The translations under genes were made by a program, and so were the position numbers. Below are positions 25,555-34,872 of a DNA stretch of 44,560 nucleotides, piece by piece. The DNA lies in contig FLMG01001430.1 in the NCBI GenBank assembly GCA_900088475.1, positions 1-44,560 on the forward strand. Direction: 5' to 3'. The notes beneath the pieces were generated by a model. The model did not search any database and was not told the DNA's origin. It was given only the letters and a program-made list of their open reading frames with translations. The first letter of the stretch is position 1. Each line of letters starts with the position of its first letter. This DNA comes from Hyphochytrium catenoides. Its lineage: Eukaryota; Protista; Hyphochytriomycota.

Positions 25555-28500
25555 CTACTCTTCTCCTGAAGAGGGAAGGTCCACGGAATCTTGCTTCTGC
25601 ACCCCTTTCGCGTTCAGCTGCCGAACGAACTCGCCCATCTGCTTCTCCAGCTCTGAGTGCGTAGCGCATCCGCCCGGGCACTCGCAGCATCCTCCATACT
25701 CTTTTGGCACCTGCCAGACAGATTGAAGTTAAAATTGTATCAATGCGGAAGTCCGACACTCTGTTTCTCCCTTGTCTCTCTCCTGTCATTGTCTGAGTTC
25801 CCTCCATCTCGTTCTCTTTTCCTCTGTCTCTTTCATTATCTCTGTCTGTCTGTCTTCTCTCTCCCAGCTTCTTCAGCCACTTCCTCACCTGTGAGGCATC
25901 TACCAGTTCTAAGAGCTCCTTCTCATATCCGCCTTTGTAGATTTTTGTCTTCTGTCTTGTCACTGGATGGACCAGCGGATACATCATCTTCCATATGACG
26001 TTGAACCAGGTAGGAACGTTGATCAGGAAGACTACATGGAGACGCTCAGGATAGTTCGGTCCCACGAACGCAGAAAGAGTCTTCACGAAGTCAAACAGTG
26101 GACCCGCCATATCTGAGAAGGAGATGCCTGGAAACCAGTAGAGAACAGGCATCAGAGGGTCAGAGACACATCTCTAGGGACTTCGAGCAACGAGGAGAAG
26201 AGATACGGGGCAAAAGTACTATTAACGCTCGGTATACTTTCACCTTTCAAGTCCATGATCTTCGTGACCCTTCCTCTAGGCCAGGGTCTGTTGTCTACAT
26301 ACTTCCATAAATATTCCTGTACAAAAGCGTAGTGAAGCAACAAGCTGTCGATAGGGACATTCTCCTCACGAAGAAGCTCGAACGAGCGCCGGCATGTGCC
26401 TGCTATCTCGTAGTTCACAGGGTGCCCTATTTCACGAAAGAGAAAGAAATGGAGATTTACGAAAAGGATGATAACGACAGGAGAGACCACCAAGTGGCGA
26501 AGCAGCCAGGAACCACAAGATGCAGGTCTATTAGCCAGCCGACATGGCTGCTTCGCCACAGATGACAAGACAGGCAAGAGTGGGAGACTGAACATATATG
26601 TGCAGGGAACTAGCACTCGCGTATGTGTTAGACCCGAAGGCTCAGAAATTGAAAGCAAGGAAGAGCTAGAGCTGGAATGAAGGAATAGTAAGCAGTAGGC
26701 GGTAGTACAGGTAGGAGAGAGAGAACAAAAAGAACGAGAGAGTTGTGAGAGCACACCTAGTTTGTCGTAGCCATGAAAGTATGACGGATAGCATCTTTTG
26801 ATCGTCTCAAAGTAAGGCTGAGGCGTGTTCAGCAGCTGTGGAATGTTAAAGTCCTTCACCCATTGTTGATGGACAGCATAACGGCGCTTCGCCTCTTCTA
26901 CGTTGCCTTGTGTGCACTTCAGGAAGCGAAGGGGAAGTCCTCCGCTATCCTCTTCTGCTCGCTCCTGTGCCTCCTGCTGTACCTCTGAAGCGATGCAGCT
27001 AGCAGGACGGGGTTGAGAAGAGAGAGACACACGGTAAATGCGAGGAACCAGAGCCAAAATGGCTAATTATCACTGAAGCTACTAACACCGAGAGGCAAAG
27101 TAACTTTGGCTTGTTTGCAATGCGAGCAATGGATAAGGAAAGAGGGAATAGCCCTTACCTTTCCTTATCTTCCTGCAGAGCTTCAAGTAGGTCCACTCCC
27201 TGCCTACAACCTAAGAAGGTTACCTTCCATGACTTGGCGTGGCTTCGCGTGGGAGGGTGAGCGACGCCTTGCATAAAGAGACAGAGGAAGACAACCCCAG
27301 CTGCGAAAGGTAGGACACTTTCTAGGCGGAGAGTTCCGGAAGATTGGACCACGCCGGAACTGAGAGCAATGCAAACTACCCCTAATCCTCCTAATATTAA
27401 GGGGGAGAGAGCTAGGAGGCGAAGGAAGAAGCGAGAGGTGGATGGCGCCGCCTCTTCCAGTCGAGATGCTCCGCCTTCCGAAACGCGCGTGAGCTCTAGT
27501 TCGAGCCCTATTTGTCTCGGAGTGTCTTCCTCTCCTTCTTGATCTTTGGCACCTTCTGCACTCAATGACTTCGTAGGGATCTGCAGAAGTGGCCACAATA
27601 CCCTCTTTCCTTGGCCATTCTGTCTCTCTCTTCCGAACGGAGCGCTAGGCGTTACTTTCTCCATGTCTTCTCTGCCGATTCTCGCCATCATGCCAGAAGA
27701 TAGATACACCCTAAGACCTTCTGCCGGAGAAAGACGAACTAACATAGAAGAGCCCCATGCAGACTCCCAGCCGATTATCCTCGCTCCCAAAGGAACGCTT
27801 TCTGGGCCCGCATCGACAAGGATCAAATTTATTCGGGTCTCTTCCTCTACCAATGGCTGATCCTCCTCGTATCTACAGAGGCGAGAACACAATGAGCTGC
27901 ATAGGGACAGAATCGTAAAGAATCACAGAAGGGCGGGGCAGACTGAAGGTCAACTTTTCGGAAGATAGACGTGTAGCGGGATAGTGGACAAGAAGGCGCA
28001 TAGAGAATAGCCGGACTACGGCGTACTCCTTATGCATGGAAGTGGAGACGTAAGTCAATTCTTGAAGAAAGGGATTGTCTCAGACGGAAGTTCAAGAGAG
28101 ACCTAGGCTCTTAAGACGAAGAAGAAGAGAGATGTGTACTTCAATACGAGAAAGAGAGAGGCGCGAGAGGGACGGAACGATAGAAAAGAGAGCAAGAGGT
28201 GGGAGTGAGACATGGACTCAGAAACACGGAAGGCATGGATCAAAGGGATAAGAACTTGCGAATATTCTCTGGAGACCCTCGTGCCAAGGGTACAGGGGGC
28301 AGCATGGTACATGACGACTTCTTTCTTACCCTTTGCTGAGATAGACTGGTTTAAGTGAGCCTTCCTTTGCCTTGGCAATTGTCTCCAACCAAAGGTCTCT
28401 GTCCTCTTGCGCCGGAAGTGCAAATACATGCTTTCGGGAACTCCTCTCACTCCTTACTCCCAAACAATATCTCTTCTCGCCTTGAGAGGACGTGAGTTCA

Positions 28501-29784
28501 AGGCCTCTGCTCTCCAGGCTTTCCAACATAAAGTGGCACCTCTCTTCGCCGAGGAGCGTCCCTTCTTGAGGACGGAAGACATGTAAGGCGGCGTTTGTTA
28601 GGACTAAGTGCCTCGAGTTCCATTGCCCAATCTTCGTGTTCTCTTTTGCAAAGCCGGACAGGATAACGCCGATGGAGGGAGAAGAACCATTTCCTCTGAG
28701 TTTCTCTTCCTCCTCACTCTTGATAGAGGCAAAGCAGTCCTTGCACACTCTTACAGGGAATAGGTACCCGTACTGAGGAAGAGGAGAGCGATGAGACGAG
28801 CAGCGTGCACAGAAGGAGAAGCCACATGCACGACAGTAGTGACGATAGCGATTGGATCCAGCACTTTGGATGCCATCGCGAAGTCTGCCTATAGCTCCGC
28901 CTGAGAACGAGATCCTCTGTGCTCTCGTGGGAAGAGGAGGTGAAGGAGCATTGACAGAGAATGAAGAAGACTCTCCATTTACCGCAGCAGGATCGTCAAA
29001 GCTATCGACTGGAGAGGCAGAGAGAGACACCGGTACTGTCGTCGCATCCAGGTGGAATGGGGAGGGAGGGGCACTACGGGTGAGTCTTGTCGCTTCTGGA
29101 GTACTTGGAGATGCATTGGCGGGAGAGACCACTACTGCTGGGGGAGGCAGCCTCTTCTCTCCCTCAGGACTTCCTGCCTCTTGTTTAAGCAGAACAGGGA
29201 GCTCCTGTCCGTGACAGCATATGAGATGAGATAATTGAATATCCAGCATTTTAAAAAAACAAGATCTAGCCATCTGAATGAACTATTCAATTGAGAACCA
29301 AAGCAGTAGCTGCTCTAGAAGGCTCTGGAAAGGCTGGAACTAGAAGGAAAGAAGCTGGAAGGCCGTAAAGTGCCAAGCATAGCAAATAGAGAGAAGGGCA
29401 TCTCCAGGGAGAAAGGGCCACTTGGGGCTGGAGACAGAGACAAACAAGGAGTAGACTCAGCATTGTGAAGAGGCAAATAGACACATATCAAAGGTAGCTC
29501 TGCGCTACATAGGTCAAGAGACAGGCTTGCAAGAGAGCATCCGGCTAGCTAGGGTGCGGTAGACAAAGGACAAGACTCTATTAGGGTTAGAAGAGCCATA
29601 CCACCGTATCCTGCTGACTCTCGCCAGCGGGAGAAGAAGATGCTGAGAAGTTTGGAGCTGAGCTGGAGGAGTTCCTTGTCGGCACCAGGGAGAAAAGAGG
29701 AGCCTTGCAGGCCTTGCAGTGTGTGCTGCGCTTGCGGCGAGGTGGATTGGAGGTCTTCCGCCTCCTCCTCAGGGAGGAGATCAT
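25555..29784 (-). CDS. Multidomain lipid-binding protein: split FYVE zinc finger + PH + two-helix TM hairpin + CRAL-TRIO/Sec14
   Basis: Exons 29784-~29602, 29204-28330, 27872-27159, ~26998-26757, ~26427-26244, ~26127-25889, ~25710-25555 join in phase. Motifs: CKAC ... [16 protein letters not shown]...PVRVCKDCF (FYVE); [24 protein letters not shown] (PH); two hydrophobic segments; LRFLK, HGYDKLGHPV, IMDLKG, NYPERL..INVP..F..IW, VPKEYGG (Sec14). Confidence 0.85.
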
Positions 29785-30056
29785 ACTGAGAGGGCTATGG
29801 AGAGGTGGACCTAGCTAAGGAAGACCAAAACCTTGGGGAGACCGATGCTCCCACTAGCCGCCTGCGATGGGTGCCGAAGAGAAGGAGGACTGTGTCAGCA
29901 ATGCCTGCCAAAAAGGAGTGATGGACAAGGACGAAGCATGGAGACACAGAGTGGAAAGGAAACACGACTAAAGAGCGCTATGGCACCAGCCTCGTCACTT
30001 GACATCCATTAGCCCACGAGAACTGCGGCAAGGTCTAACGTGCTACTTCGCTTCAC

Positions 30057-30064
30057 TATAAAAG
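30057..30064 (+). promoter_or_regulatory. TATA box candidate for a + strand (snoRNA-bearing) transcript
   Basis: TATAAAAG in the region divergent from the FYVE-Sec14 gene, ~770 bp upstream of the snoRNA. No + strand protein gene follows it. Confidence 0.3.
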
Positions 30065-30827
30065 GCTGAGGAGTGATTTTCTTAGAGATTCCTATCGGCT
30101 GGCGTTGAAGCTTCTTCATATGCCAATAGCCCGACAATGGACGTGTCACCCGGCCAGCGCAACAACAACGAGGCACAACGAACCGTTGATTATGTTAATC
30201 CTTCCTGAAACTAGCAGTAGAGCGCCAGGGAAGAAGGGGAGCCACGATCATGCATGGAGAGACAGTGGCAACGGCGCCCACTACTGGCTTTGCAGCAGGG
30301 GATTGGAACAATGGCCGGTCGGACCGCCTTCCGATAGACTGCAAGGAGATCTCCGTCTGCGCAGCCAAGCCAAGTCACCACCAAGCATGAGGAGGTTGGA
30401 GGTGCTTCTTATTATATTATCATGCGGCTTCATCAATCAACATCGGCAGAACGAAGACAGACAAGAAAACTGTGAGCGATGAAACAGACAGAGAAGAGGA
30501 ACTTTAGGAGGATTTGGTCAGGCAATCTGATGAGAGACCCTCCTAACCTTGGCCGCATGCATGATAACTAAGAACTGATAATCAGTATTTGTCTAGTCCC
30601 CCTCTCGCGCCCCCTTCCTTCATTTTTGGAGTGTTTATCTTTGGGCGAAACGTCTTCTGAAGAAAGCGCTATGGCCAAATGACGCCGCAGTAGAGGTTAT
30701 GGACCTCCAGATGGTGGTCTACAGATCAAGTCATGACTGGAAGAGAGACAGCAGTGATAAAGATCTAGGAATACGAGACACCACAGAACTTCATGAATGG
30801 AGAAGATGATGATCTTTCTATTGTTGT

Positions 30828-30913
30828 TGCCACGATGATGTGCACTTCAAGGTCGTTAGGGCTGCTCGATGGCGGCCCGGTGGACGCCTAATGCATGTAT
30901 TAGCTGAGTGGTA
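30828..30913 (+). ncRNA. Box C/D snoRNA, predicted guide for 18S rRNA 2'-O-methyl-U (human Um172 equivalent; SNORD45-like function)
   Basis: Terminal stem TGCCAC (30828-33) / GTGGTA (30908-13), 3-nt k-turn bulge, C box ATGATGT (30835-41), D box CTGA (30904-07). Guide GCATGTATTAG (30893-30903) is complementary to conserved 18S CUAAUACAUGC. The D+5 rule selects the U in CUAAUAC. Confidence 0.8.
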
Positions 30914-30974
30914 CATCCTCTGCTTCCGTCAACCCATTCTCCACGATCAAGGTCATTTGGTTTACATTGGAGAC

Positions 30975-32397
30975 TTAACTGATCATCATTCCATCATCAT
31001 CATCACTCTCATCGCGATTGAGTTTGGCTCTACGCTTTCTCTCTCTGTTGAACTCCAGCAGAGCGGGACCGCCAGGTATGTAGCCACGCAGATCACCTGA
31101 GCTTTTTAGATCTGGTGCGTCCATCGCAGTAAGGACGGCTACCGCTTCAAAAATTAGCTCTTGCACGTTATTGACCGTACATCCATACTTCACCATCAGG
31201 TCCCAGCAGCGGCTCAGTACGCGGTCACTGTATCGGCTGCGGCCAGTTCCTGAGCCTTTTCCCTAAACGCAACGGTAGAAAGGCAGACAAAGCGTGTTAG
31301 AGCCCCCGAAAGTAACGATTGAAAGTCTCTAGCGACCTTAGTCGTCCTAGGATCTGCTAAACGCAGATGAGGTTTGCTGGCATTTGTCGCCAGGCGCCTT
31401 ATGGATTGCTGTGCTTCTTCAAGCTGGCCTCTGAGCTCCTCTTCCCTCTCCTGCTGGTCTTTGATTGTTTGCCTGAGAGTTTCTATGATCGCTTTCTGCT
31501 CTGCCTGGAATGTTGGTCCTAGATGGTGGCTTCTTGGCCGCAAACTACTATCCTCGATGGCTGGAGGGTCGTCGCGCGTCTCCTCATGCCGTTCGTAGAG
31601 GTTGATAAGAGCTAACACGGCCTCTCGACGATAGCCTGACAAGCCTAGACTCAGCCCAGTATAGGAAAGTAATCAACAGAAGGATCCACCTTTATCCACT
31701 TCAAGTAGCCCCTTGAAAGTCTTCTGAAGCCACAGCCTGGAAGCCCTTCTGTTTGCTAATATTGTCTTCCGTCGTTGGCGCCGTTCCTTAGAAGAACTCA
31801 TTTGTTGTTCAGCAGCAGGAGGGCGTGCGGTTATTTGACGTCTTTTCCTTTTTCTTGTGACCCTTTCTCTTCGCTGGGCCTCTGACGGACGGTAGAATGT
31901 CAATCGCAATGGGAGCACAGCATCACTCAACATTTGTTTCGTGCATGAAAGCTGCTCTTGGTGGACCTTCTTCAGAGGTATCTGTTGAGACAGAATAGGT
32001 TCGGTGGCGGTGAGGATTCACAAGGTTTATTTATCGAATTGGCTTTTATTAGGCAGTTGAGTAGCACTCTTACCTGCCGGCCATTCACCTTAAAAAGCAC
32101 ATCCCCCACTTGAAGCTTGTTGCTCTCTTCTGCGCGGCCCCCTGGAATTATCTCAGTCAGTGCAACAGCTAGGCTGTTATGGGCGCAACTCGAAGCTCCA
32201 GCCTTAAAGGTGAGACCAAGAGGCTTGTCTTCAAAGATGACATCAAAAAGTGATGCCAAAAACTCTTCTTCTTCGTTCTGACCACCATTTGTCACGCGTA
32301 TATCGATTGAAGCAGGCTCCACTTCAGAGAACGGAGTGGGTTGTGATAGCGCTTTTTTTGCGCCATCGTCATTGCATGTACCGCCCTCAGATTCCAT
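30975..32397 (-). CDS. PDZ-domain protein with basic (NLS-like) segment, coiled coil and unknown C-terminal helical domain
   Basis: FDVIFEDKPLGLTF...IIPGGRAEESNKLQVGDVLFKVNG...LPLRLTF is a PDZ signature. Introns at ~32073-31982, ~31690-31646 (45 nt) and ~31337-31263 (CTAAC branch) join the ORF-track pieces in phase. Coiled coil IETLRQTIKDQQEREEELRGQLEE. Confidence 0.8.
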
Positions 32398-33136
32398 ACT
32401 CAAATTTTTCAACTACCCACACCACCACCTGCTGTGCACCTCAGTAACTACGGAAGACCAGCGAGGTTGACGAGCCAGGCAGCAAGCTCTTATGTTGTTA
32501 CCGAACGATCTATCATAGTGCACCCTCACAGTCTTCCTTACACCTCGGACAGTATATGTATGGTATGTTGTCATCTATCATCTTTACGGCGTCCTAGAGC
32601 TTTGCATATACTCAAAGACTCATCAGAAGTCTGGAGAAGAAGAGGAAGTGGAGATCGAAGATCGAAGCCTGAAAGCTCTATCAAAACGGATTTTTCTGTC
32701 AGATCCCTGCTTCCCTTTCTGAACTGGATCGTCTGAGGAGAATCAATATTGTGATAACCGATACTATTGATCTGGCAGCCTTGAGCCTTTCATAGAAATA
32801 ATGTCAAGGTTGATTCTCCATAGACCACCCTATAATAACTTGAAATAATCCCACTTGTTTGTTTCTTTCGATAGCTTCCCAGCCACCCAATGATGGCCTT
32901 GGTCAATAGTAGTACTGCTCATCACCAAAACATTAGAGGCTTACAATGGTAGTAGTAATGCTTGGGGATGGCCTTAACATTTGTTAGCGGACAGTGCCGC
33001 GGATTCAGCGCGGCACCGATTGATGGTGGCGAAGAAGTGGGGCTCAACTTGGGCGCAATAAGCTTCGTGCAGTCTTCACTTTGCGCTCTTCTCCTTCTCT
33101 TCCAGCAGCTTGTGGAGTGCTCCATAGACAGGAACC

Positions 33137-34020
33137 ATGGCTGACAAGGCTCCCGTTACGATTAGAACTCGCAAGTTCATCAAGAACCCTCTGCTTCAGC
33201 GCAGACAGATGGTAAGACTAGAATATGTTTCCGATCGGGGAAGAAAGGGCAATGATCTTCACAAGAGTAAAGAGAGACTCCTTTGTGGAGCTAATAATCA
33301 GTCCACGAGATATAGGAGGGAAATGCTGACCCCATGGGATGTCATGGCGTGAAGTACTCAGTCAAGAGGTATATTGGTGACATTTGACGGCCCTGCTGGA
33401 AAGGGTTACTGGTCAGAAAAGGGAAAGAGGTTGATGGATAGGGGGAGGCGCTGCGCAGAATCTAACAGGCGATGTTTTGGCGCCACTAGGTGGTGGATGT
33501 CATCCATCCTGGACGCGCCACCGTTCCAAAGGCTGAGCTTCAGGAGAAGATCGCCAAGGTAATGCAAAGGCTAAGGAAATGTGTATTACTCGACGCGTAT
33601 CTTAGCCCTTCTTGCTCCTACCTTACTCCTCTTACATTCTATCTATTCGCTGCCTTTAGATGTACAAAGTAAACGAGAACAACCTTGTCTTCGTTTTCGG
33701 GTTCAAGACCCTGTTCGGTGGTGGAAAGAGCACTGGCTTCTGCCTGATCTACGACAACCTGCCAGCAGCAAAGAAGTTCGAGCCTAAGTACAGGCTCATC
33801 AGAGTAAGAAAATCTCCTCTTCCTTAAGATCAGGTATCATGGCGGTCCGCTCATACCTCTTCCCCCGCTGTGCCTGCACCTCCCCATTTTATAGAATGGA
33901 CTTGCTGAGAAGGTTGAGACCTCACGTAAGCAGATCAAGGAAGCAAAGAACCGCGCCAAGAAGGTTCGCGGTCTTGGCCGCCGTATCGCTCGGCACAAGG
34001 CAAAGAAGGCCAACAAGTAA
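33137..34020 (+). CDS. RPS24: 40S ribosomal protein S24 (eS24)
   Basis: Exons 33137-33211, 33490-33558, 33660-33803, 33895-34020 give [39 protein letters not shown]...[20 protein letters not shown]...FEPKYRL...[17 protein letters not shown]...KANK*. Confidence 0.98.
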
Positions 34021-34872
34021 ACTTGAACTGTTTGTGCTATGGTCAGCATATGAGGATAGTGGAGAGGAAGCTGCACTCTTTGATAATAAAGAAGGGTACC
34101 TCCGGGTACTTTGCTTGCTGGAGGCCATGGAAGTGCTAGCGTCTCACGTTGCTCTCTACGCTTTATCTTTTGCTTCTTAACCCCATCTCTCTCTATTCAT
34201 CTCTCTCTTTGTGGACGCACTTTCTACATTTACTCTGGAGAAGGATGCCTTTGGCATATCTGCTTTCGCCGAATGCACACCACTTTACGCCTCCAGCGTT
34301 TCTCACTTATTTACGAATGGAAGGCTGACCTATCCTATACATTTTCTTCTTATTTATTGATGCATGTGTGGGTGAGGCATCCATTGAGTTACATTGACAC
34401 CGTCTCCTTGGGGAGTCCGCCCCTTGTTCTATTATTCTTGGTATCTTTCCCACGCTGCGTCCGTCTATATTTGGCAGTGATGAATTTTCTGCCGAGCTGT
34501 TACGGCTATTGGTGAACGCGATCTTGAGGCGCCGATGGCCATATGCCTGTCATCGTCTCTGAGACCACTGCCCATCTTTGATCGTCCATTCTCAGCCTTG
34601 TTGCCATGCCTTCCTCCCCTCCTGCGAACGCACAAACACCTCTTCCAGCCCATTAGAAGAAGAGACACTTAGTATGCCCAACCAGACCCACAGCACAGAT
34701 TAGTCTAGCTCAAGTCATCTAGCAGTGAATGTATTTATAAGAAGTAGGGTAGGGATAACTCTATAACAAGAACTTGCACAAAAGAAAGAATGGCGATCGC
34801 CTCTAGCTAAGCAGGGCCGCAAGCACTCCCTCCCTTAGCGCGCATCACTTCTCTTGTGCATCTTAGGCACGT

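Noticed and set aside
27873-28102. Possible extra exon in the FYVE-Sec14 gene
   Set aside because: Direct phase-2 splicing from 28330 to 27872 keeps the frame, while inclusion from the 28102 acceptor meets a stop.
31196-31262. Apparent stop/frameshift between two PDZ-gene ORFs
   Set aside because: Explained by a canonical ~75-nt intron with CTAAC branch and pyrimidine tract.
33248-33333. Possible intronic snoRNA in RPS24 intron 1
   Set aside because: The C box has two mismatches (ATGATCT) and only 8 nt (GAGGGAAA) match LSU rRNA.
34472-34571. Perfect C box (34477-83) and D box (34559-62) downstream of RPS24
   Set aside because: The terminal stem is poor in k-turn register and I find no rRNA/snRNA complement of 10 nt or more. 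Worth a snoscan run but not supportable now.
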